Part shown: positions 12,201-23,352 of the stretch, piece by piece
Numbering within the stretch: the first letter of the stretch is position 1
How the letters are laid out: each line of letters begins with the position of its first letter
From: Basidiobolus ranarum
Lineage: Eukaryota
Assembly (NCBI GenBank): GCA_040143965.1
Contig: JASJQH010000057.1
Location: forward strand, 1 to 36,775
DNA: 36,775 bases
Reading direction: 5' to 3'
Position numbers and translations under genes: made by a program
Notes under the pieces: generated by a model
Databases searched by the model: none
The model's input: only the letters and a program-made list of their open reading frames with translations
Told to the model about the DNA's origin: nothing

Positions 12201-15200
12201 AGACGATCCATATCTAACTTTTGACACCATTGGCGAAGGGTTTGTCGCCCTCTTTCAAATTCTGACTGGCGAGAATTGGACAGATATACTGTGGGATACT
12301 ATGAGGTCTCAGAATGGGATCATGATATTCGTTGGGGCAGTCTTTTGTGTTGTGTTTTATTTTTATTCTCATTTTATAATTGTCAACTTGTTTGTCGCAG
12401 TTTTCCTTGAGAATTTTGAAATGGAGGAAGAGGAGAAGCGTCTTCAACAGGTACACAATTATGTGCATCGAAGTAGAGGAAAGTCGAACCTCTCAAGGAT
12501 ATCTCCGCTTCTTAGAAATCTCAATCCCTATCGTCATTTGAAGCCAAGCCCCGAGTTGATCAAAGTTCCAAACTTCCCCTCCAACATGGCACTTCAAGTT
12601 CGCAAGAATTATTTCAAACAGTTCTTGATTGATACATCCACAAGCCAATGCGAAAGAAAAGACTCTCCAAAGAGTGTGATCGGGAATTCAAGGCTATTCA
12701 AGCTCTTTTCATGTTGGGGGTCGCGTAAAAGTAATAGAGATTCTATCGAGTTGCATCCATATCAAACTGTGACCACCCGAAACAGTTTACTTGGAAAGAA
12801 TGTGGTCGACCAACCATTCAGCTATACCCAGCTGATTGACCAGCCACAGTACCCAACCCTCATGGAGGCTCCAATTCGAGCCCGTAAACGACGCAACTCA
12901 ACATTTCTGTAGGTACCTTAAAGAAATATAGGGAATGACTTTTTACTAACTCATATTGCTTAACTTAGAGGGCAGTCATCTGCAAGTTACGTTGAGTTGA
13001 GAAATGAGTCTGATGAAGAGTCAGACTTCCAGGAGAACCATCCAATGCACAATCGTGCTCTCTTTATCTTGCCTCCACAAAATCGCCTTCGCCTTTTTTG
13101 TCAAGGTATTGTAGGCAGCAATAAGGAATCCTTCAGATCGTACTTTGACTGGTTCATACTTGTGTGCATTTTTGGGAGTGTTGTAACTGCAGCTATTGAT
13201 AACCCCATTCATCGAAAGTACAACTATGACCTTCCTGTAGAAGAACAAACGAATATTTTCCACCATTTGGATATATTTTTTGTTGTTATATCTACACTCG
13301 AATTCACTTTACGCGTGTTAGCAGATGGTCTCCTTTTCACCCCGAATGCATACCTACTCAATGGCTGGAATCAATTGGATTTCGTCGTTTTAGTGTTATA
13401 CTATATATCTGTAATAGGGCAGATCACCGAGTTTTCGTTACTTTCCCGGGCAATTCGTGCTTCAAGAGCCCTTCGCCCCCTACGCCTCATTCGACAATTT
13501 AAAGGGATGAAAGAGATCATGGTGTCTATGCTTCGTGGATTACCTAAAATCATAGATGCCACCATCCTGTCTCTTCTTTTCATCATTCCTTTTGCCATAT
13601 ATGGAGTTACTTTGTTTTCCGGCTATTTTAACCAATGCAACGACAAAAGTGTTAGCGGGTTCTTTGATTGCTCCGGAGAATACTGGCATAGTTATGACGA
13701 GGATGGCTCTAATGGAGTCTTGATACCTCGAGTTTGGGGAAATCCGTACACTCATAACTTTGACAGTTTTGGGTCGGCAATGCTGACTCTGTTTACAATG
13801 GCTTCAGGGGAAGGATGGATTGAAGCTTTGTTCCATGGAATGAGCATCCCTATAGATCCAGAGATTCAACCGAAATATTTGCCTTACGACAAGAATTGGT
13901 ACAATTGGATCTACTTTGTAGTATATATGCTATTTGGCTCAGTGTTTGCTATTCAGCTGTTTATCGGAATATCTGTGGAAATTTTCAAGAACCGAAGTGG
14001 AATGTCCCTCCTAACAGTTGAACAACGACAGTGGGTAGATCTACAGCTACAGCTCAAGATGGTGAAGCCTTCTAAACATCCATTTCGCCCGAGTTCTTCG
14101 TTTGCTGGATGGTGTTTCGATATTTTGTATGAGAAACGCAACCGCTTCTCGACAATAATCACCAGTATCATGATGCTTAACGTAGTCGTAATGATGACCG
14201 AGGCTTGGGGACAACCCCGTTGGGTGGATAACACCAGGAATTTCATTTACGGTGCGTTTGCACTTGTATACATGTTCGAGATATCAGTAAAATTGTGCGG
14301 TTCTGGATTCCAGCGATGGTATAAAAGTCGATGGAATATCTATGATGCCATAGTTACTCTTGGAGTCGCGTTGACAGTTATTTTCCGAATGTTCAGATTT
14401 CAAGCCAACATCCTCATTCAATTTCAGAAAATCTTCTTGATTGGAGTTGCCATTCGCGTGTTCCATAAGATTGAGAGTCTGAAAACTCTTCTTCAAGCGT
14501 TGGTTTCGTCTTTGCCTTCAATCCTCTCCATCACAGGTCTCTATGCCTTGGTACTCGTCATCTATTCCATCCTCTTTCAGGAAATCTTTGGGTTAGTCAA
14601 ATATGGTGTCGATACCACACCCAATTCCAACTTTAGGTCGTTCGGTAACAGCCTGTTGATGGCGATTCGAATGACTACCGGCGAAAATTGGCACGTTGTC
14701 ATGTTCGATATGATGGTGGAGCCCCCATTCTGTGTTCGTGGTACTGATGTCTACCTTGACTCTGATTGCGGCAGCACCCTTTGGTCTCTTTTGCTTTTCA
14801 TCTCATTCTATGTAATATGTACATATATTTTCTTAAATATGTTTATTGTGATTGTTATAGGCAGTTTCACCTATATTTATAATAGCAACTCAGCACTTGA
14901 ACTCATTTCTAAAGAGGATTTGATTCACTGGAAACGAACATGGGCCGAGTTCGATCCGCAAGCAACTGGCTATATATCCCCAGAAGATTTAGTTCCATTC
15001 TTCAATAAGTTATCCGGCAAGTTCAGGGTTAAAGTTTTTGATCCTGAATACTCAATCACCCAACTCAAAGCAGCTTTAAACACACCTGACACCACTCCAA
15101 AGCCATACGAAGCTCAACCAAGTCGATTCCCCCAATTCAATATTCGCTTACTTAATCAGCGCTTGAGTACCTTGGACTTGGCTACAACCAGAGATAGGCG

Positions 15201-15923
15201 CCATCAGTTCAACCAAATTTATCAAGAGGCAATGATGATACGTGAACGACGTGGGATTCCTTTCGCTCAGTTGCTTAGGATCTTTTCCTACCGGTTGATC
15301 GACGTGGAACAGTTTCTTGGAGTTGCTGAACTTCTTGATCGCAAAGAAGTCGATCATGCAATTCTTGGTGTATGGGCTATCGAGAAAGTACGTGGAATAT
15401 TAAAGACTATTGTTCAACGTCGTAAATTCCTTCAAAAGGAACCGAATTTATCGTTCAATACGCCAATCTCTTTGAAGATCCCTCGAATTATCATCAACGA
15501 AGGTACCGGCTTAACCGATACCGAAGAACATTCACCAGTCAGCTCCGGTAGTAGCTCTCCCATATCCCCTGTATCACCATATTTGACTCGATACCCATCA
15601 CACTCGAGTAGCCCTGGCAGTGGACCTGAACATCGTCAATCGTTGGGCGAATATCTTCCTCCATTCCCGGGAGTAGAGTAAGAATCCATATTTTTTTGCT
15701 TGCTCCATATACCATATACTAACGCTCTTCAATAGTAGCGTGGATTTAGATTCATCCAATATTTTACTCTCACCTAATCAAGCCAATACCATATTGATGA
15801 CGATGTCTGCCAATCGCTGGTTCGGTAAGTAAACTCGGAAATTCTAAAATGCCACCACCAAATCCCATGGCTAATTCCCCACAAACAGGCTCAATCGATA
15901 CCACCTCAGAAGACGAATCATGA
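9275..15923 (+). CDS. CCH1: Four-domain Ca2+ channel alpha subunit of the Cch1/NALCN clade
   Basis: Four 6TM repeats with pore loops ATEGW, TGENW, SGEGW and TGENW. Also LT.EQRQWVDL linker, SDCGS, and W..FDP.ATGYI. Last two small exons end at TGA 15921-15923. Confidence 0.95.
10524..10545. repeat. (AT)11 microsatellite in a CCH1 intron
   Basis: Directly visible ATATAT run. Confidence 0.9.
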
Positions 15924-16381
15924 GAGAATGAATACTAGAGCATCTCGAGCAGCAATTCGCCATCTCCCCATTTCACTCCACCCCTAATGTAATCCATATC
16001 ATTCTTCAGTTTTGTTCGCAAATCGCAAGACATAGCATAATACCCACTGTATACATCCCCATCTTACCTCGGTTAGTGAGATTCCATCTAGATAGATAAA
16101 GTGCTATATAATCTATAAACTCTCTATTGCCGAAACTTCCTGCCGTGTACTCTCCACCGAGGTATCTTAAAGCTTGAAAGTAGTCTGGAGTTAATGATTT
16201 ACGAAATTTATCAATGATGGAACTTCCTAAAATAGAAAATAGCCACACCATCTAGAATAGTTTTTGCCGAAATGTAGTCTACTAGTTTGGGAAATCCATG
16301 TTTCATTTATTAAACTCGCGATATGACTGATTTCTTTAAATTCACTTTTCGAACGTACCTTATCGTATTTATCCAACAAAT

Positions 16382-18157
16382 ATGAGCTTCCCTCAAAGAG
16401 CCTTCCACTTGGCTAATCGCTCTGGCATTTCTTCTAGAAGACCTCTACTTTTGAATGGAACTCGTTTTTTAAAAACTTGTTCACCTTCACTTCAAGTAGT
16501 CGCTGCTGAGAAATTAAAAACCAACGTTAACGGTACAATATATATAAATACATTACGGTCTATTTAATTGACTAACTTTTGGGGAAATTTCAGTTGAAAA
16601 GAGCCCTTCGACTAAAGCGTCCGACTCCATCTGGAATTTCTCGGTTACTTCCACTGAACCTTGGCTTAATATATTAAAAGGAGCTAATAAGGATACGAAC
16701 CAGGATTATGTACCACGTAAAGTCACTATGAAACGTATGGAAGATTCAGCGGTCGAAGTATTTTTACCCTTCAAGTCCAACCCACAACTTGCTGAGCAAT
16801 ACATAAATACTTATGGTGGTGTTAGGTAGATAAAACCACTTTTATTTGAACTATCTTTTTACTGACTCACTCATGTCTTTTCAACTCACTCTTTATAACT
16901 ATGTGTTAGACTTGGGAAAGTCCTTGAAGGTAACGGTCATATCCTCTAGCCTTATGCTTGAAATATACTAATTCTATCTTAAAGATTTGGATAGACTTGC
17001 CGCTTCTGTTGCTTACAAACATAACGATGATGGTTGTGGTGGCTGGCAGTCTTTAGTAATCATGACTGCAGCGGTTGATAGAATTGATATATTAAAGAGT
17101 TTCGACACAAAGCACGACTTTAAACTATCGGGTAAGTAATCATTAGTGCAAATTTAGAATCGGTTTTCTAGTCTAACTATTTCCCACGTACCATTTAGGG
17201 AAAGTGATTTATGTGGGTTATAGTTCTATGGAAAGTAAGTTGGATAAATCTAAGTATGGTCATATCAGCAATATTCTAATTCGATCTCGATTTCGTTACT
17301 TCCCATTTCTTGTCTAGTTTTGATGAAGATTGAAACTACACCCAATAGTCCTCAAGAAAGCGCGGATACTATACTTATCGCAAGGTTTACCATGGTTGCT
17401 AAAGATAAAAAAACCAAGAAATCCGCTCAAGTCAATCCTCTAAATATTATGAATGACGGGGAGAAAAAACTCTTCCAGGCTGGTGAAGGTATCAGTTTCT
17501 CATATAGAAATGGATACTACTTGATGTACTCACCTGCTTCGCTTCTTAGAATTGAAATCTCGTAAACGTAGCTCGGCCGCTGAATCCCTCTTAAAGAGGC
17601 CCCCGAACGCTCAAGAACGTTTGGTCATTCATGATCTTCACCTCGAAAAGCTAAGATATGATGAGCAAGGCATTAGACCGGATAATATGATCTGGATGGA
17701 TGAAACATTGATTCAGTCATATGTTTTATGTCAACCACAAGATCGTAACATTCAAAACTCCATCTTTGGTGGTTATCTTATGCGCTTGGCTTTTGAGTTG
17801 GCCTACTCCAATGCCTGTCTCTTCACCAAAGGACGTCCACAATTTTTGGCGCTAGATGATATCTCATTCAAAAGTGCGGTCGAGGTTGGCTCAATCCTGT
17901 CCCTCAGCTCCAGAATAGTGTATTCTCCTGGTGGTGATGATAAGGATTTCCAGGTATCAGTGGTAGCTGATGTTTTGGATCATGAGAAATCCAGTAAACG
18001 CACTACCAACGTGTTCCATTTTACATTCACCGGTGATGCCTCTAAACAAGTCCCACGTATAATGCCAAAAACCTATGCAGAATCAATGGATTATTTGGAA
18101 GGGAAAAAACGACAAGAAAGTAGCTCTTATCATCGTGAACTTGTGCCGAATACGTAG
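16382..18157 (+). CDS. Mitochondrial double-hotdog acyl-CoA thioesterase (ACOT9-like), multi-exon
   Basis: Spliced Y.N.YGGVRLGKVLEDLD.LA.SVAYKH, TAAVDRID, YVGYSSME, PQDRNIQNSIFGGYLMRLAFELA and TTNVFHFTF. Presequence-like N-terminus. Confidence 0.92.
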
Positions 18158-18377
18158 ATTCTTCTTTATATTCTATCACTTCATTAAACTCTGAACCAAG
18201 CACTAGCATATTTATTAAAAACCAGTATCTATTTTGTGGAAAATCTCCTTGGTTACTGTAAAATCACTATTTATTGAACAAACAAAAGTGCCATCAATCG
18301 TCTCTTGTGGAGCGCAATCATTTTATCCCTAATCTGGGCTAATAGATCTCAGGATTACTCATTTATGACTTTGCATC

Positions 18378-18689
18378 TTATTCGAGTGGCACAATAGGTG
18401 CTGTTGGTGGTGGCGGTGGTGGCGCTGGTTTCTTTACTGGTGCCTTTCTTTTTCCGACTCCGGTAATGAATACTAAGATATTGTCTACAACATCCTCGAT
18501 GATTGGGATACCAGAGAAGATACCAGATATATAACCCAGTGCCTCCTCACGCGTCTCAAAATCTATAGACTGCTCATTCTCCAATATTCCACGCTTGATC
18601 AGTCCAGGTGACCGCACCTCATTTACACTTCTTTTGGACAATGCCACTGCGACCAAAGAAAGTAGGAAAAGGCCACGTCGAAGCTGCAT
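18378..18689 (-). CDS. Small secreted precursor (103 aa) with three KR sites and a Pro-rich tail
   Basis: MQLRRGLFLLSLVAVALS signal peptide, KR..KR..GKR, then PAPPPPPPTAP. Intronless, with AATAAA downstream on the minus strand. Confidence 0.7.
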   Translation of the reverse strand: MQLRRGLFLLSLVAVALSKRSVNEVRSPGLIKRGILENEQSIDFETREEALGYISGIFSGIPIIEDVVDNILVFITGVGKRKAPVKKPAPPPPPPTAPIVPLE

Positions 18690-19160
18690 GGAATGATATG
18701 GAGTAAAGAGAGAAGATGATACAGAAAGGTTCAAGTCACTTAATTCCCAGAACAAAGTTGCTCTATGTTATTTGTGGTCTATTTATTCGAACCATTTTAC
18801 TGCTTCTCCACACTTCTCTATGATACTTGGATGAAACGCATAGGATTGGCAGGGGACTATTTGTTTAGTTTACGAAACGAAGTTCCATTCAATATTTGGA
18901 ATTCACTCCTTTAATTGGTTCATTCCAATCTGATTAATTACCTAACATTAGGTTCACTAGGATGACACACACTAACCGACTAATATGTGTGGTTGTTTGA
19001 TCTTTCTTTTCTACACTGTAGGAGGTCTATAATACACGTGTAAAGGCATTGAATACTTGGGGATGGGGATGAGGATGAAGGAAGTGGATGGAAAAGACCT
19101 AGGGGAGTAAAAGAATCGGTTCACTCGATTGTTAGGGAAAACTCGACAGACTCCGGAAAA

Positions 19161-19777
19161 TTAGGGGTTTCTTCTTCTTAAATGTAAATCCCTTAATACC
19201 TCATTGATATTCTGATAATTTTCATAAACTGGTGTAGAGAAATGATGCAATTCATGAGGATTGTCAGAAGAATGAGTTTGTCTTCGAGTTTGATGTACTG
19301 CGTTCAATAGTTGATTAATGTTATCATATTCGGTTACTTCTGGCTCATTGGAAGTGCGGGTGGATATGTGGATAGGTTTGAGTTGTCTTGGTAAGACAAT
19401 GGTAGACTCTTCAAAGTGAGAATTACTTTCACAATATAAAGATACTTGGTTAATCACTGGGTCTCAAGTTTTTCAAGTAAAATTCACATCAATAAAAAAG
19501 TGGCTTACTTTTCAACTTGATGCGAAGAGGAAGAGGACTCTGACCAATACCGATGACGAGGTTTTTTAAAGTTCGAAGGGGCTTCTAATGTATCTTCTTC
19601 AAGATCCAAACTCAACTCCGACTCGTCATCGCTAAATTGAGTCCGTTTCAAGTTTGTTCCACTGATGGTTGGTAAGTATGGGTAGTTGGTTTCTTTTACG
19701 CTATTCACTTGGTCTAAAGATAGTCCCGTACTGTATGCTTGATTCTCCCAATTGCTCCACGGAAACTCGGCAGACAT
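19161..19777 (-). CDS. Small disordered, probably nuclear protein with two YxNINxxLxxxH helices (FAM104/VCF-like), 2 exons
   Basis: ATG 19777, donor GTAAG at 19508, in-frame AAG acceptor near 19426. Contains a KKPRHR basic patch and the motifs YDNINQLLNAVHQTRR and YQNINEVLRDLHLRRR. Confidence 0.62.
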
Positions 19778-20242
19778 AAATTTAATAACAGTTGTCAATG
19801 AACCTTGATTCGGTATTTATATACGCCTCTATATATAGTAGTTGCACCGCTCAAGAAATCAACACCCAAAAGTTTGTTGTCAAAGTGTGAACTACTTTCT
19901 CTTAAAAAGCAGAATATTTTAGCTGACCCAACCCACCAGGCCTTCATCACCCATCACCCATTGCGTATAGTAATTAAATCAATGGGATTTGGATTGCGCT
20001 TTTTTTTTGAAAAACCTTGTAAGGATTCAGTGATCAATTGGATCAACGTCTTCAATTAATAATTCGATGGATTGGTCATTCATTCATTCATGTCCAATCG
20101 GATTGTAACTACAAATCATTGGTCTTAAGGTTATAGATGGGACTATTAATTTCTCAAAGCTTTATTGAAATAGTAAATTGGAGTAACAACAGCCGTCACG
20201 TGTACCATTCAAGTTCGAAACATAATTAAATAATCCATGATA

Positions 20243-21808
20243 TTAGATAGCCTTGTGTTCCAACAACATCTCGTTTTGAGGGGGGAGACCAACACAGGCA
20301 CGGAAGACGTTCTCCATAGCCATACGTTGCTTGCTAAGAGCGTTGACAACTGGGGTACCTTGAGGAACCACTGGTGCCTTCAACAAGTAAGAAAGGATGG
20401 AAAGAACGGAGTGGAAAGGAGCATACTCCTCCATCTCAGGGGTCTTGTATTGAATACGAGTCATCAACTCGGTGATGATAGCCAAATCAAAGATCAATGG
20501 GGAGGCCAAAAGTGAGTCTTCACAAGTATTATACAAAGAAATGGTGTTACGACCGTTCATGAAAATCTCACTAACATACTCATCTAAAGCACGCTTGGAA
20601 TCAGACACGGAAGGAACATACTTAATCACAACTACGTGATCAGGATGTTCACCCTTCTTGTAGAGAATGTGGTTGGCAGCAACCATATCATCTACAACAT
20701 TACTCTTAGAAATTTCCTTAGAGCGGAATTGCTCGGGAGCACTGAGGTTCTTACCATCGTTGTTACCAAGATGGTTATAACTGGTAATAGCAATTGGCTT
20801 AATACCAGCGTTGACCAAGAAATCAACAAGGACAGATTTGACCTTGGTTTGACCGGTCTTGAAGTCGTCACCACCAATATAAACTTGATGTTTCTCGGCA
20901 AGCTCAATAACACCAGGAACCAAAGTATTTTGGGGACTACCATTGATGAATGGTGCATTTTCCAAAATAGAAGCGATGGCGAAAAGAGTGGAGGGGGAAA
21001 CTTCGGAGTGACCTTGCTCAACAGCCTTCAACAAGTTTTCAGCAGTATCATTGACTCCATCAATAAGGTCAGCAAAACGCTCAGTGTTGGCAGTCCAAAG
21101 AACAATAATCTTATCAAGATTATTGTTGGCCTTGAAGTCACGGATGTTCTTTCTAAGCTCATCCAATTGCTCTTGGACAGTACCCTTGAGAACATTGTCA
21201 GCACGCTCTTCTTGATTGGCAGCGATGAAAGAGGGGAAATAAACGGAAGGCAATGGCTTCAACTCAGCAAGCTCGTCGTAAAGCTGTCTTTGAAGATCAA
21301 CATCCAATACTTGGGCTCTCTCCATAGACTCGGCAATGTTGGCAGAATTGATATCCCAACCACCAATCACAAAGTCGTTGGGATGAATCATAGGAAGAAT
21401 ATCATTGAAGGGGATAAAGACGTCCTTACCCGACTCATCAATACCAATCTTCAGGGTAGAAGAAAGGACAACGGAGCCGTAGTAGTTGGGTGATTTAACA
21501 CCTTCCTTGGTACGCCATTGAACGTTACGACGATTAGCGAGGATACTAGCGGTAACGGTGGAACCATTGTTTCCACCCCAACCGACAAGCATCAAACCGA
21601 CCTTAGGGACACGGTGATCGGTTTTGAACTTGTAGTTGGTTTCGATAGGCTGGACAATCATCTCGCCCAATTCGTTCTTAGTAACTCTGGTATTTTGGTA
21701 AACATAGTCGGCCAAAATATGACTGTCAGTGTACTGAACATTAGGGGCGTTGACGCGGAAAGCCTTGGTTTCAGGAGCAGGGGTATAGTTGGGAGTAGCA
21801 GGAGGCAT
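20243..21808 (-). CDS. INO1: myo-inositol-1-phosphate synthase
   Basis: [42 protein letters not shown] and TCEDSLLA motifs in an uninterrupted 521-aa ORF. Confidence 0.99.
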   Translation of the reverse strand: MPPATPNYTPAPETKAFRVNAPNVQYTDSHILADYVYQNTRVTKNELGEMIVQPIETNYKFKTDHRVPKVGLMLVGWGGNNGSTVTASILANRRNVQWRTKEGVKSPNYYGSVVLSSTLKIGIDESGKDVFIPFNDILPMIHPNDFVIGGWDINSANIAESMERAQVLDVDLQRQLYDELAELKPLPSVYFPSFIAANQEERADNVLKGTVQEQLDELRKNIRDFKANNNLDKIIVLWTANTERFADLIDGVNDTAENLLKAVEQGHSEVSPSTLFAIASILENAPFINGSPQNTLVPGVIELAEKHQVYIGGDDFKTGQTKVKSVLVDFLVNAGIKPIAITSYNHLGNNDGKNLSAPEQFRSKEISKSNVVDDMVAANHILYKKGEHPDHVVVIKYVPSVSDSKRALDEYVSEIFMNGRNTISLYNTCEDSLLASPLIFDLAIITELMTRIQYKTPEMEEYAPFHSVLSILSYLLKAPVVPQGTPVVNALSKQRMAMENVFRACVGLPPQNEMLLEHKAI

Positions 21809-22763
21809 TTTGATAGCAGTTAAAGTTGGAAGTATTTGGGCTTGATTAGCACTATGGGGATTTCTTTGCTTTAGCGGAAACTCTTTTTCTACCCCTATAA
21901 AATGGTATGAATATTAGCATTTGTCGAATAAACTACTGGTAATGAATAGCAACATACCGGTGCGGATTGTGACGAGAACTTAAAAGGTTAGCGAACGTTG
22001 TTGCAAACACTTACAGCGATGTGGCTGTAAATAGAACTTGGTGCGCTTGGATGGAAGGAGAAGACCTGAATTAGAATTAGAGGTTGGTCGAAAGTTTATA
22101 TAGATCCCGAACACTTGTGGATAATGGGGTGGCTTCTTTCGCAATGTGAAATTGAAGTACAACAGGGCATCTCCCATGATTAAACCCTATAATGAACGGA
22201 ATTTATGGAGGATTGACAAATCGGGGTAAAATGAGGTTCGGCTGGGTATTTCTCCGTTTGGAGATGGGTCTGTGGTGAGGTGAGCTTAGCTTTGGTGCCT
22301 GGGGAGTGAGCTCTTAGCCAATTCATGATTGTACACGCGTTCGATATAGGTTCCTTTAAATTTATCGCTAATAAATATATTACATGTACCTCGAGAAATC
22401 ATTTGTCCTACATTGAATATCGGCCTGTTGATGCTTTTCATTGCTCCGCGGCTTTGACGGCAATATTCGATTTTGTAAGCAAAGAACGATACAAAAGAAC
22501 GATCCATTCTTGTACTACACACATCTTAAAACAGTTAGATAGTAATGATCACGAGTATCAATATGTTGTAAATTGATTATTGGTGGAAAATTATCTCCGG
22601 ATACTATGCCAAGAAACTCCAAAATTTCTAGCTGACTGCTTCTGAAATATGCTTATATGATTGTTCAAATGATATTAACGAACCAGAGAGAAAGCGACAG
22701 ATGTGCAATATCGAGCTTTGCAAATGCTAGGTGCAGTGCTACCACGTAAACCCTAATTAATTT

Positions 22764-22825
22764 CAATTTTTCGGATTACAAAAAACGTGTGGTGCAATTT
22801 CTCGGATTCCAAAAAACGTGCGGTG
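22764..22825. repeat. 31-bp tandem direct repeat (2 copies, 3 mismatches)
   Basis: CAATTTTTCGGATTACAAAAAACGTGTGGTG / CAATTTCTCGGATTCCAAAAAACGTGCGGTG. Confidence 0.88.
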
Positions 22826-22969
22826 CTAATGTTACTCATGTCATTATTGTTGTAATAGGATTAAAATTATTGTGCAAAATTGGTTTTATTTACAAAAATT
22901 ACATCTCCAGATTCTAAATATTGATAAAGATTAGTGATCAAATCATCAATACGTTTAAAATGAATCAAA

Positions 22970-23104
22970 GAATATTCGAGAAATTTGACAATCATCCTCA
23001 TTATGATAAGGACTAGAACATTCAAAAAACTCCATTAATCTAACACCGTTTATCCTTCAATGAAACTCATAGGTTTGAGAGTTTCATCGTACACACATAG
23101 TGTA
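22970..23104 (-). ncRNA. Intronic box H/ACA snoRNA, copy B (3' end uncertain)
   Basis: Lower stem ACACT/GGTGT, pocket ATGTGTGTA/AAGGATAAAC, 11-bp upper stem CGATGAAACTC/GAGTTTCATTG, H box AGATTA at 23041-23036, second hairpin, and a possible AUA box at 22975-22973. Confidence 0.68.
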
Positions 23105-23212
23105 GCACAACATTATTGTTAATGAAGAACGTTACTCACCACAGATGCGAATCCTAAAGAGAAAAATTGTAAGTTGAAGAACACAAAAGAAATGCTTTGC
23201 AAAATAAGTAGG

Positions 23213-23352
23213 AACTGTATGAATAAATTACTATGAGGATATCTTAGGAATCGATATCATCGAAAAGTAATTCAAACAAATAAATCTAGCACCGTTAATC
23301 CTTCAACAAAACTCGTGGGTATTGAAAGTCAAGTTGTACACACATAGTGCTG
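23213..23352 (-). ncRNA. Intronic box H/ACA snoRNA, copy A
   Basis: Lower stem AGCACT/GGTGCT, the same pocket, upper stem CAACTTGACTT/GAGTTTTGTTG, variant H box AGATTTA (23287-23281), second hairpin TGAATTACT/AGTAATTTA plus GATATC/GATATC, and ACA at 23218-23216. About 140 nt. Confidence 0.72.

Noticed and set aside
20237-21823. Long plus-strand ORFs (up to 285 aa) opposite INO1
   Set aside because: Antisense shadows of a codon-biased gene with no recognisable motifs. The same applies to ORFs opposite CCH1 and uricase.
22460-22510. GAACGATACAAAAGAACGAT resembling the U6 snRNA ACAGAGA region
   Set aside because: No ACAGAGA box and no flanking U6 sequence.
23041-23352. Duplicated hairpin read as CRISPR repeat, hammerhead ribozyme or TPP riboswitch
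   Set aside because: Eukaryotic intronic context, only two copies, and no CUGAUGA/GAAA core or TPP aptamer motifs. The H/ACA model fits better.
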